Shown here one piece after another: positions 52,101-63,955 of a stretch of 64,000 nucleotides of DNA; the stretch's first letter is position 1, and the number at the start of each line of letters is the position of its first letter. A program made the position numbers and the translations under genes. The stretch spans positions 39,730 through 103,729 of the forward strand of contig NIVC01003332.1 in assembly GCA_002269645.1 (NCBI GenBank), written 5' to 3'. This stretch comes from Macrostomum lignano (taxonomy: Eukaryota). The notes beneath the pieces are model-generated. The model was not told the DNA's origin. It was given only the letters and a program-made list of their open reading frames with translations, and searched no databases.

Positions 52101-55100
52101 AGCACGTTCAGCATGCTCGTCGCCCATGAGGTGACTGACATCTGAAACGATTTGATTGGCAGATGTCGTCATCGAGGAAATAGGCAAGGCGTGCGACTCC
52201 GCCTCATCCGCCTCGCCTTCAGTGATAACACGGAGTACCACTGAAGCTGAGGAGCTTGCTGCCGATGTTGATGTCGTCTTCGCAGCTACCTTCGCGCCGC
52301 GCTTGCGTATCGGCTTTTTATTGCCTACAGCTGCCGCAGCACGCCGTCCACTGCTTGCTACTGTCGTACTGACCGATTGTCCGGCGCGCTTCCGAGCCGT
52401 CTCAGTGCACCTGGAATGGATAGTTAAAACCTAGCTGCACCTTAGCGCTAAGGTAAGGTGCTAAGCGCTGCTTCTATAGCTTTATACGAGTATTAAAGAG
52501 CGGAGCGGAGCGCCTTTAATATAAAGCTATAGAAGCAGCATTCATATATTTATCTTCGCACCTGTTAAACGACCGCTTAAAATCGCGCGGACTGTAGTCA
52601 ACGCCTTCAGCTGACAGCCACAGTTCCGCGGTGGCAATCTTCGCCGGATTGGCTGCCAGGCAGACACGGCCCCGTGACTTGCGACCGGAGATGGAGCTGT
52701 TAGTAAACTCCGCGTCGCTAAACAGGCATCGAAGAAGGCTGCGTATCACTGTCAGACGTGCAGTGCTGCGCATCTCTATGTGCCCCTCCGTTTGGACCAA
52801 CTCGGCACTCGTCTTGGCGACAACATCCTTCCAATTCTGCAAGCTCGTCTGCAGCTCCATTTTTCTTTTTGGTTTGACAAGGACGTACGGCTGCTTTTCC
52901 GACAGCGGCACTTTCAAAGAGGAGTCGGAAGACGACGCTTCACCCGCTGCGGAGCTTTTCGCACACACATTGAGCAATGCACGTGTCTGTGCAGCTGACA
53001 AGCACGTGTCGACTTGTACTGCAAAGTCTGCCTCGCTATCCTGACGCTGCTCGGCGTGGACGGCTTCTTCCTCTGAATGTTCGTCGGACAGGACGACTGT
53101 CGCTGCCGACACGTTGCCACAGAGCATGGTCGAGGCTTGCGTAAGTAAGGCGTTGCACTGCGTCGCTCTGTGCTCCAGTGCGGCAGCGCGCCGCTGCTCT
53201 GCTTGGAGTTCGCGGAGAAGTGACGACTCCATCTTCGTCAGTACTTTATTTCGCTCCTTTAGGGCGTCCAGTTGGCTGTTGAAAGTCTGCTCCAATGACG
53301 CCTTCTTGCGGAGTTCAGTACCTGTGCAATATAATTGTGAAAAAGCGCATTCGCATTATTACCGAGGCAATATGTAACATCTTTGCGATCACGATTTATG
53401 CGAGTATACTGGTAGTTATATACGGGAACGATTCTCACGCAGTGTTTCTACTAGGCTCGAGCTCCGCTGAAGCTCTATGAGAAGGCTGTGGCATGAGGCG
53501 CACGCTCTAGGCAGGTCAACTGGTGTGGCATGAACGTTTGTCATGGCCGCCTCGCCGGTAGCCTCGGCCTTCCTCTGGAATGGCCCCTTGATGAAGGTGC
53601 CAAACCAGCGCTTAGCCTTCTGGCGATTTGTTTTTGCGGTTACGATCAGGACTTCTTCGCCAATCGCGATTCGCCCAATCACTCCACGTCGACGAGACAC
53701 AATGAGCGGCGCAGTACTACTTGATGTGGAGACAACCTCTGTACGCATGTGAAAGTGTTTGTATTGAAACACAAAAAAACGCTCTTTGTCCTCCATTTTG
53801 TAGCCCTGCATTTCACCAATTTCCTGATCGTTATCAGCGTTTTCAGCCTCGAGCGACACTGCAATTTCAGTCGGGGCTGCAGCAGTTGAAGGCGCCGAGA
53901 CAGCAGCAGGAGGCGCCGAGACAGCAGCAGGAGGCGCCGAGACAGCAGCAGGAGGCGCCGAGACAGCAGCAGGAGGCGCCGAGACAGCAGCAGGAGGCGC
54001 CGAGACAGCAGTTGGAGGCGCCGAGACAGCAGTTGGATTCAACTGTTTCGAACCTCGAGGCGCTGCAACCGAGTCGCAGGAATGCGACTTACTTTTCTTG
54101 GATGGCTTCTTGCTGTGTGGTTTAGCAGGCTGCTGACAATGGTTGGAAGCCTTGCGCTTTCTTTTTTCTGTAGACGATTCCGACGTAGCTGTCTTCACGG
54201 ATGCCTTGCCAGAAGCTTTGGACGTCATTGCGCTGCACGGGCTGCAAATGAAGGTGTTTCGAGGAATCCTATATGTAATTAGCAAAATACTTTCTAAGTA
54301 GCTCATACTATTCATCATTTAGCCACTAAGAAATGAAGCAAATAAAAAGAGGAACGGAAAGTGCAGAAAGTGGAAGCTTGAGGAATTATATTTTATTATT
54401 CGCCGATCAATGACATTGTTCATCGCGGTTATACCGCCAGTACATGGACAAATATATAGAAGCTGTGGAAATGTGTGTTAAATGCTTTAACCGATTTCAA
54501 TGCTGATCCGCGATCGATGGGGACGGGGGGAAATTAGTTATCACTAATTTTCAGGATTTGCAGAATCCCATTTTCAGGTACATATATTCTGGATATAATT
54601 GTAAGGAGAAACGGGCTACATCGAATATATTGTTCCCTCAGTTTCCTCCGCGGCTGCGGCAAGAAGGCCATTCATTCCATCTTCCGACCAGTGCCGGCCC
54701 TCTACGTAAGCGCGGTACGAGCAGACATTTACAGTCTTGTTGAAGACAGGTGATGGCGAGCGGCTATTGGAGTCGGGGTCGAAGTTAGCAAACAGAGAAC
54801 TGCCTGTACAGCACACAGAGACTGACTCGCCTTGACTGCGAAGATCGAAAGTCTCGAGCTCATCCATTGCTTCGCGGTATTCCTACAGATGGTATAAATA
54901 AAGACATGCTGAAGTTAACAGTCCCGATTTTCTCTACTAAGTAACCCTCCCACCAATACGTGCATAAATTCTTACCTGCACGGCAACTTCTGCGCGCTGT
55001 AGCGCCCGAACACATTTCTCGTGCAGTCGGGCTCTTTCATCATGAGCCTCATTTATGCAAGTGCTCGAACGTAATTCTGCAGTCTCTAGAGTCGAAGCTG

Positions 55101-58100
55101 GTTCGGAGGCTCCGACGTCGAAGAAATAGTTCTGCTCAGCCGCAATATGGGCCCTACTGGCCGGACTCAGGTTGCCGTAGAAGGCGAATAGATTTTCCGA
55201 CTGCGCTTCCATTTCCGGTTCACCTGCACCAGCGGAATATTCGACATTAGTCCGAACAGCGTCAGCGGAGACAGCAGCTTGTTTCGCTACTACACTGGCG
55301 CGCATTTCGCGCAGCCAGCGCTCCTCAATCGGTTGTTCCTTCCGAAGCCACTTTGCAGGTCTTGGACGCTTCTCCATGAATGCTTGCTGAAAATCAATGA
55401 ACATAGAAGTAGTGGAAGTAGTTGTCATGACGTCACGAGGCGTATAAAACCCTTCCATTATAGCCTGAGACGATATTCGTAAGGAAAACAACGAAGCAGC
55501 AACGTGTGGTTCTAGGTATTAGCAATTTAAGTGGGGAAAGCGTTTAATCATTCCACCTCATCTGTGTACTTATGTCAGCACAAATATATAATTTATAGCA
55601 GTCCTTATTGCGCGATTCTCGTGCTCGTGCTAAACAATTCTCGCATTAACAGCAGCTGGAAGCAGCCGACGCAGTCGCCAGTCACGCACCGGCGTAAAAG
55701 TGTGAATTTATGATACAAGGTATTACAGTGGATCAATTTATGAGATGCCAGAGTTATAAAAAACGAGTGACATCAGCGAAGAAGAAAAACATAGCACATA
55801 TTTCTAATGTAAGCATGTAAGTAGCATAAGCATGACCATGTGACAATAGCAAGTATGTTTGGAAGCATATGCTGCAAGACGTAGGAGCATAAATAATGCA
55901 TGCAGACAGGTGCCTAAGCAAAACAAGTCTGCGGATGCGGCATCAAGGCAATATGCGTGTCCGTCAAAACACATGCGCCGAGAATGTCGGTCACAGGGAC
56001 CTGAAATTCGTCACCTAGGTTTCCAAATGGATCGGCTGCCAGCTGCCGGATGTGAGCGAAGGAGCAACCGCGATTCGGCGAAGTCGCGGGAACAGCAGCC
56101 AGCGCTTCCAACGGATTCCAGTCCGAATGAAGGACAGGCAAACTAGCAAGTCCGACGATGACCTCCTGGCCGACGAGTTGCAGATTTTGAACGCGGGCAA
56201 ACCTGAACACTGTAGGTTGACAGCCCACAACAGCAACAAACGCAGATGGAATTCGGCGCTGATCCACGTGCCCTGCCTGATCTGCACCCGTCAGTTTAAA
56301 GACTTCAAAAGTCCAACCAGATGGCAAGGTGACACTGCGCCAGCCGTTCACCATACTAGCGGGACGCAGGAGCAGAATGCCATTTATGACAGTGGATTCT
56401 GTACGGCGCATGGCAACCGGCTGTGGGGCCTCGTTGACCCGAAGTCGCGCTCCCGATTGAATTGTGGCGAAGCACCGCTCCACTGCACCGACCAGTTTCA
56501 CATCCGTTCGGCGTGAGCCGTGAAGAAGTCTCCGAAGCTTGGTATGCATGGACTCAAAAAGTCCGGCAGACTGCTTGTGCAGTGGACCAGCCAGAGACAC
56601 ATGCGGCAGCATATGCACGCACACCTGGTGCGCATTGTAGGTCAAAGCCCTCGCTTAGTACAGCCGAACTAGATTGGCGTGAAAATGTCGCAGCGAGACC
56701 TCGACGTGCTGCAGCTCGCTCATCGGTGACCCTTCCCTGCTCATCCAGAAGACACAAGCAGATAGGATGCACAGGTGCTGATAGTGTGAGTCAGCGAGAA
56801 TGCCTTGCAAAACGAGCGGGGCGTAAATGAGCAGCCACATCTCCAACTCGTGACCACGCCGGTGCCGCAGTTCCCTCACGGGCCGGACAGTATGGCGCTG
56901 CACACACCGCGGTACTCTGATCCTCAGCAGACGCTCGTCTATCTCGGCTGACCGAGTATGCAAGTCGGGACAGTTGCTATGGCCGCGATCGGGTTTCTCA
57001 TGCTGGACAAGAAGCATCTGGAACAGCATTCTCCTAAACAGGCCCGCCTCAAGCTGATGCAAGTAGCATGGCGTGGTCCCTCTGATAAAGTCGAATCCAG
57101 CTAACCGTCCTAGTGGAGAGTGCCCACGAACACCTAGAGTGTCTGCGTTGGGCTGGTGAACGTGTCGGTCGTGGTACTCCGCCAGGGTGTGTGTATCATT
57201 CATCGAGCGGACAGTCGTTTGCACGCATCCAAGCCGAGCTGCCGCATGCAGCATAGCTGGAGTAATTTCCACTTTGAATATGCGGCCGAATCCGGAAGGG
57301 TGTAGCGCTGATTGAATGTAGCACTTATCACATCCGAATTTGGCAGAAAAGCGCTTCATACACAACGCATCCGCTCGAGCTGGCGCGTCAAAAAGACCTA
57401 GTACTGGGTGCAGACGAATGTGATGTCGCACGCCATGACCATCAGTAATTGAGAGTCCACGAGTTCGGAGCAATGTTAGCTCGTCAACGACGATGGGTAG
57501 AAAAGCCCTCGGATGCACCTTCTGCTTGCCCGCCCAGACACCGCATATGATCACGAATCGCGACTTCAGCCTGTCGTGAACTTCGTTTACACACAGATAC
57601 ACTGGGCACATTTCAACACCGCTAGTGGAGAAAAGAGAGAAACCGTCGGCGCAGAACGTGTATGTCAGGTCACTGCGACTTTGAGGATCAATGGTTTCGA
57701 GGAAACACCTATACAGGTCCCCATTCACAAAGTGGACAACGCCAGGATCGACGATCTGGTCAGCAGGGAAGACGACATTCTCCATAAGGCCACAGGAGCT
57801 AGCTAGCGTTTGGATCTGTCGTCGGATGTTGAATGTCCAAAAGTTATTCACCTTATTTGAATTACAGTGTTCGCAAAGCGATTCATTTGGATCGCACCGA
57901 CCACGGTTGCTACGGTGACAGTTATTGCATACCGTGTGACACGAGGCAGTGCCCAAAATCGACTGTGACGATCTGGATGCATTCAGAAGCGCTTTCTCAG
58001 TCCGTGGGAGAATATTGTTCGGCACAAGACGGCGCAGCATTGCCAAAATTCTGGTAGTGCCGCCCCGTGGAAGGCGCAGATCCCTGGCACAGAGATGGAT

Positions 58101-61100
58101 TTCGACCATTGCTTCGCCGAACGAGACAGGCAACGCTTCATGCCATCTCTGCTGCAGTACTTCGTCTTGCAGCTGCGGTTCGTCGTCACCCTCATTATCG
58201 TCATCATTGTCGGCGGCGTCCTCACCGGACGACTGCAAACTGGTGGCGCCCTCGTCAGATGACTGAGCAGCGGCATCCTCGTCAGATGATTGAGCAGCGG
58301 CATCCTCGTCAGATGATTGAGCAGCGGCATCCTCGTCAGATGATTGAGCAGCGGCATCCTCGTCAGATGATTGAGCAGCGGCATCCTCGTCAGATGATTG
58401 AGCAGCGGCATCCTCGTCAGCTGATTGATTGGCTGCATCCTCGTCAGCTGACTGAGCAGCGGCGTCCTCGCCAGACTGACTGGATGAAGCGCTGCCAGTG
58501 GGACCTAATATGTGACACAGTTGGGGGCAACAATGCATCATAAAGAGTCGTCTTGTGGTAAAAGCAAAATAGACCGGCTAACGCGATAATGTTATATAAC
58601 GAAGATTGCGAAATCTGGCTTGCAAGTCACGACCCGACACGCTTAGCAAATAAAAGAAAACCACAAAACGTTAAAAGTCCCACCTGGACATGACGTTCCG
58701 GCAGAACCATGTTTGCCATTGGCAGCCGCATTACTGTTGGCGTCATTGTCCTCAACCGGTGGTACGCAAGCAACAGAAGAACCCGATTGTTCGCCTGGTG
58801 GCCCAACTCGGAGCGGAGAACGTGAGTGGGATCGTCGCCGAGCGCGGTCTTGAATCTTCCGCGCGTACGCGATAGCGCTTCATGAACTGTGCACGACGAA
58901 ACTTAGCGTCATCTTCGTCATTCTCCATTGTTTATGCTGTAAGATTGAGTGACACACGAAGCTGAATTCACCTAGCTTACTGATACTAAGCTACACTATA
59001 CTAATACTATACTATGTTATGCTCAGCTAAACTATAATACTATTCTAAGCTATACTATACTATAATTAATACTACCAATAATAACTACCCATTAATAATT
59101 ATTACTACTTACTAATATTAAATGACGGCACCTATGTATATACTGATTTTAAGATTATTTAAGGCTGTTGAAATAAGGATCGGAAGGTCAAGGCTGCAAC
59201 TTGCATAGCAGAATTGGTTCAGTTATTATTTAACAATAGTGTCATAAGTGAGCACAAAATGGTACAGTTGAAGTAATTGCAATAACGAAGCGTTTTAAAA
59301 AAACGTGGCTTAGGCCAACGCTGAATACAGTACCGAACGCAAACAAGAGCGAAAAAATTTATACAGTTCACAAAGTATCGGCCTGCACGCATTTTTCTGA
59401 AATTGGAGCGGACAAACAGTCGGATAAAAAACCGGACGACAGATCGGACAAATTTTTCCCTCATCCGAAATTCATCCGCTTTCTCGTCCACTTTCTCGTC
59501 CGCTTTTGGCCTGGAATGAAAGCGGAGGAGAAATCGAATGAAATTCGGACGAAACATCAAAAAGAAGCGGATGATTCGCCCGATATTTGGTCCGCAGCTT
59601 CGTACGACGTCGAAATCGGACGAAAACCGGGTGAATTTCGCCCGCTTCTGAATTTCGTACGGAAATCGGTCAAAAATCGGATGGGAATCGGACAAATAAG
59701 CGGACCAAAGTCCAGGCGGGATATTAAGACCGACTGCGCCTGCAGCGGCTGCTGACCCGGTCTGTGTCGTCTAGCGCTGCGTACCGGCGCTCTCGACAAC
59801 CGGCTGAGGCAGGTTGTCCGCTACCCGAGAGCGTTGTAAGCGGCGCCGCAGCAGGTGCTGTACTCGTGGCCTGCCGGCGCGCTGACATTGCAGAAGCAGC
59901 CGATAGCGATGTTGGTGCAGCGGTTGAGAGAGGTCGCGGTCTCGGGCTAGCCATCAGCGCTGCTGAAGCTGCTGCTGCACTCGCAGAAGGCCGCCAGGTA
60001 CCCGAGGGCGACGGCGCTGCACTTGCCGACTGCCGGCGCGCTGACGTTGCAGAAACAGCTGATGGTGTTGTCGCTGCAGCGGCTGAGGGAGGTCTCGGGC
60101 TAGCCGTCAGCGCTGCTGAAGCTGCAGCTGCACTCGCAGAAGGCCGCCAGCTCGAGCCCTGTCTTGCATGCCAGTACCAATAAAGTTCACGGCGGCTTGA
60201 AGTTCGGGCGTCAGTGTGAGGTCCAACATTGCACGTAGTGAGTCTTGCCACCGTGGCCGCCGGCAAAGATGCAATTGGCGCCTCTGAATGAGATGAGACG
60301 GTGGATGACTATTTGATTTCTATCTAAATCCCTGAGTATTTCTGAGCAGCACAGGAATGTCATAAAGGAAAATTGGAGGAGAGAAGGGAGGAGAGGGCGG
60401 AGGAGAGAGGGAGGATGAGAGGAGAAAGCGGCAGACGTCTAAATCCCTGAGTAATTCTGATGATTCTGGTGATTTCACCACTCGGCTTCATAAATTTGCT
60501 ATACTAATGAACTAGAAAACTCACCAAAGATGTCAGGTGCTCAGACGGCAAAGCGGTAGCAAAATTGATGTACTCATTCCAGGAGCTGATTGGCCAGAAC
60601 GTGGAATTCAGTTCAGCCATTTCAGGATTGAGCAGTGCTGATAAGCGCTCGACCTCTGCCCGGACACCATGCAGTTCCTGCGACATCTGGGCTTGGTGCT
60701 GCTGTAATCGCGTGTTGCGCACGGAGAGCTCCCGAAGCGTCGTCAGCATGACGAAAAGAAGCCCTTGCGCGTTACAAAGCGGGCCACCAGCGGCTTCTCG
60801 CAGTTGGTGCTCTAGGCTTTTAATATTGTCCGGCCATTGATCGCTTGCTCCTGCTGACCCGTCGGAATTGTTAAAAGCGCTTTCGGGGCTGCATCCGGCG
60901 TGTCACTTCCCGCGCTTGTCGCATCCCGCGACTTCAAGGCCGTTCCCAGCGTCTCTGGTGCCGCATCCTCCAATACCTCACATGCCGCATCTGACAAATC
61001 CGACACCTCAAGTGTCGCCTCTTGCGCTACATCAACGGTACTTGTGCTCTTCGGGATGCTGGAGGGCTCCACTGCATCTGCTGCGCAGTGAATTCCTTCG

Positions 61101-63230
61101 GAGTCGGCGAGCAACTGGGCTTCTGTTGCTGGGACGTCCTGTCCAGGGCACGCAGCGACCGATGGACGCTCCGGTGAATGCACAGGAGGCTCCAAAAAAA
61201 CCCCGTCGGAATCGGATGCAGAGCCGATGGGAACATTCTGTCGATAGACGGCGGGGTGGATGGATAAGGTTAGAATCCAATCCCCTAAAAGTCACTACGA
61301 ACGACACGACATATTTTCTTTTGGCAGTACTAACCTGCGACTGATACTGACGACGTGAATTTCTCAAATCCGCCTCCGTAAAGACTCGGGGGTTGGACGA
61401 GAGCTAGCACGTCGCGTAGTCGCTTCTTCCGTGTCTTCAGCTCACGTACGAACCGAATGGAGCTCGGTTCGACATCGTCCGACAGGATTACCTGCAAAGC
61501 ATTCAACATGGAGTCATTAAAGAGTATAAATTAAATTGGCAAGTGTGCAATCGATAAATGCACTTCACATGCACTTTAGCTGCAATTTAGGGGGGGGGGG
61601 CGGTTCAAGTCTGGGGCACCAACATGAGTATGAGGGGCGCCATTTTTTAAGCTAGGGGGCGCAATTACAAGTGCGTGTAGGGGCGAAAAATCAAGTTTAG
61701 AGGGCGCAATATGTTCTAGCAAAGTATTTTTGGGAGTCCCAACCCCAATAAATCCACCTCTTTACCCTGATATTTTTGACATTTACATTAATAAGTCAGA
61801 TTCAATGAGAGTAAATTAGACATGCATGAGTATAACTAGAGATACAGTTCAAGCTAAAATTGGGGAGAGGTTGGAACTTGAAATGCTTCCTGTCCAATAT
61901 TCGAGGTTTCCGACAATTGCCAGGAGTAGGCAAACTCCGGTCCGAGGGCTTGTGAAACTTCACAATAGCAATCCGGCCAGCTCAATGTTTATAACTCTTC
62001 TCAGCTCTCCTCTCTCCTCTCATCATTCTCTCCTCTTTCCTCTTTCCTTTCTCCTCTTCAGTCTCCTCTAAATATGAGGGTAATGGTTAAAGTGCTTGTA
62101 TATTGAAAAATGTGATTCGACTGGCATAACTTTGAAAATGGTACCGGAATTTATTCACACTGGTCAATATTTTATAAATCAAGTCTGAAAATCGATTAGC
62201 TTAAGACCAGTGTGACCTATGTGTGAAATGAGCACCCGATTAGCATCAGTCTGAGTCAGCTGTACGATGTGACGCAGTAACACTACGAGGCAAAATAATT
62301 TTCTATCATTGCTGCTCTACTATAAGTAGACACTTGAAGAAAAAAACGAGGCAGATTTTCTGCAACAATTTTTTTGTATTTCAGTATAAAATCATGCATG
62401 CACTATGTTACTAAAATAATTGCTTTTCATGTGTTAATAATAAACAAAGGACGTTAATATGATAAAAATATTGCTATGTGTGCAGTGTTAAACAATTGGC
62501 TTTCATTTTCACAAATAATTTCAATAAATTAGCACAGTCGCCCAAACAGTGCGCCCAAAGGATTGTGAAGCGTACTAAGCTGAGCAACATTTAAATATGG
62601 TTTCTTTTCTTTTATTATTGTTTAAACATCCTGAAAATTAAGTTTTGATGATAATCCACATAGCTTGACTAGAAAAAATAACCTTTTAATATTTTTCAGA
62701 GCGCATCCCTGGCGTACCTTAGGCATACTACGCCCACAGTGCGCTCGATTTTTTCCCCACTGGGTAGGTCTCAATAATTCCCTAAGCTTCGAACCCCAAC
62801 CTCCCAACAGCTCACAGACTGGTGGGTGAACACTGCCTACCTGGGTTTCCGAGAGTCCTCCGTCATCAACGTGAATCCGGGAGTCCGGCTGCCCCGCCAG
62901 CGCTTCTGCAGCCGGGCGGACTGGCTGGCCTTCTGCGCCGAGGCCGCGCTCGGCTTGGTGGACTTTCAACGCCTCCTGGCAGAGGGCAGCCTTCCCGTTG
63001 AACGGCTGCGGAACGCGCCGCTGGATATGAGCCAGTATTATGGTGTGCTGGGCACCTGCCGTCTGGCCCAGCCTGTCCGGGACGCCCAGCTCGTATGGGA
63101 TGGACGGCCCAGCGACTACATGGTGGTCGCCTACGAGAACCAGTTCTATAGGGTGCAGCTGCTCAGACCCGAGGATGCTCAGCGAGGCCTGTGGGAACCC
63201 CTGCCGCTGCCAGATGTGTTGGCTCAACTG
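49121..63230 (+). CDS. CRAT: Carnitine O-acetyltransferase, first two coding exons (49121-49393, 62811-63230); continues beyond right edge
   Basis: LPPLPVPSLEATLDKY...GKDNW|LTDWWVNTAYLGFRESSVINVNPGVRLPRQRF...LPVERLRNAPLDMSQYYGVLGTCR matches the choline/carnitine acyltransferase N-terminus and is closest to CRAT as recalled; phase-0 GT/AG join. Confidence 0.88.
49415..49900. repeat. 21-bp minisatellite GCTAATCCCTAATCTGCGAAT in CRAT intron
   Basis: Tandem units ending at the TA into which the outer transposon inserted. Confidence 0.93.
50806..51090. repeat. 61-bp subterminal tandem repeat of the inner element
   Basis: CGGACGAGCAGGCGGATTAAAAGCGGGTGAAATGCGGACGAAATCGCTTCATTTGGCGATT, about 4.5 copies. 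Confidence 0.92.
52065..54228 (-). CDS. Transposon-encoded protein with basic N-terminus, AAVSAPP repeats, coiled coil and C-terminal BEN-like domain (exons 54228-53439, 53321-52562, 52410-52065)
   Basis: Phase-consistent GT/AG joins (ETL-R-TELRKK; SFN-R-CTETARKR), no internal stops. IRSLLRCLFSDAEFTNSSISGRKSRGRVCLAANPAKI...FKRSFNRC fits the BEN pattern (LLxxLFxxEELxxSSxxG...KC) as recalled. Confidence 0.72.
54616..55458 (-). CDS. Transposon-encoded protein of unknown function, two exons (55458-54976, 54882-54616), about 249 aa
   Basis: MEGFYTPRDV...RAEVAVQ|EYREAMDELETFDL...GTIYSM*; CAG|gtaaga donor and ctgtag|GAA acceptor in phase 0. Confidence 0.6.
55914..58541 (-). pseudogene. CACTA/EnSpm Tnp2-type (Transposase_21/DUF1258-like) transposase with one in-frame TAA at 56657-56655
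   Basis: Motifs CxxC..CxxC, TFCADGF, PVYLCVNE, ICGVWAG, FDAPARA, FGCDKC, CYLHQLEAG, then VRLY*ARALTYNAHQ...GPL...SAGLFES in the same frame. A probable upstream exon lies near 58930-58684. Confidence 0.88.
60130..61200 (-). pseudogene. Decayed DUF4806-like accessory gene of the outer element
   Basis: Acidic low-complexity region, coiled coil (LTTLRELSVRNTRLQQHQAQMSQEL), FWPISSWNEYINF, TTG|gtgagt donor, then FAGGHGG/DSLRAMLDLTLTPELQAAVNFIGTG across frameshifts. Confidence 0.5.
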
Positions 63231-63254
63231 GTAGGAGCTGCCTTTATTCAGACA

Positions 63255-63955
63255 TCCTCACAGCTACTGTCAGGCACCTACATAGTTACTGTCAGACGCC
63301 TACATAGCTACTGTCAGACACCTGCATAGCTACTGTCAGGCACCTACATAGTTACTGTCAGACGCCTACATAGCTACTGTCAGACACCTGCATAGCTACT
63401 GTCAGACACCTGCATAGCTACTGTCAGACACCTGCATTGCTACTGTCAGACACCTGCATAGCTACTGTCAGACACCTGCATAGCTACTGTCAGACACCTG
63501 CATAGCTACTGTCAGACACCTGCACAGCTACTGTCAGACACCTGCATAGCTACTGTCAGACACCTGCATAGCTACTGTCAGACACCTGCATAGCTACTGT
63601 CAGACACCTGCACAGCTACTGTCAGACACTGCATAGCTACTGTCAGACACCTGCATAGCTACTGTCAGACACCTGCACAGCTACTGTCAGACACCTGCAT
63701 AGCTACTGTCAGACACCTGCACAGCTACTGTCAGACACCTGCACAGCTACTGTCAGACACCTGCACAGCTACTGTCAGACACCTGCATAGCTACTGTCAG
63801 ACACCTGCATAGCTACTGTCAGACACCTGCACAGCTACTGTCAGACACCTGCACAGCTACTGTCAGACACCTGCACAGCTACTGTCAGACACCTGCCACA
63901 GCTACTGTCAGACACCTGCACAGCTACTGTCAGACACCTGCACAGCTACTGTCAA
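63255..63955. repeat. 22-bp minisatellite ACCTGCATAGCTACTGTCAGAC in CRAT intron 2
   Basis: About 30 units; the window ends at a likely acceptor CCGCCCAG. Confidence 0.95.

Larger units (their letters stand above)
50579..59720 (-). mobile_element. Inner CMC/EnSpm (CACTA-like) DNA transposon, 9142 bp, multi-gene
   Basis: AT|CCCGCCTGGACTTT ... AAAGTCCAGGCGGG|AT: 14-bp perfect TIR, 2-bp AT duplication, subterminal GCGGAC/TCGGAC arrays at both ends, internal Tnp2-type transposase. Confidence 0.9.
49907..62764 (-). mobile_element. Outer CMC/EnSpm (CACTA-like) DNA transposon, apparently non-autonomous, about 3.7 kb excluding the nested element
   Basis: TA|CCCAGTGGGGA ... TCCCCACTGGG|TA: 11-bp perfect TIR, CCC termini, 2-bp TA duplication. 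Removing it reduces the CRAT intron from 13.4 kb to about 0.56 kb. Confidence 0.8.

Noticed and set aside
52516-52561. ORF-track C-terminus CEDKYMNAASIALY* as the end of the BEN-like protein
   Set aside because: A phase-matched AG|gtgcga donor and ccag|G acceptor at 52410 extend the frame by 115 codons, which is a better model
61580-61710. G-rich GGGGCG repeats as a third nested element
   Set aside because: Resembles a TE terminus fragment, but no matching opposite end or TSD could be found
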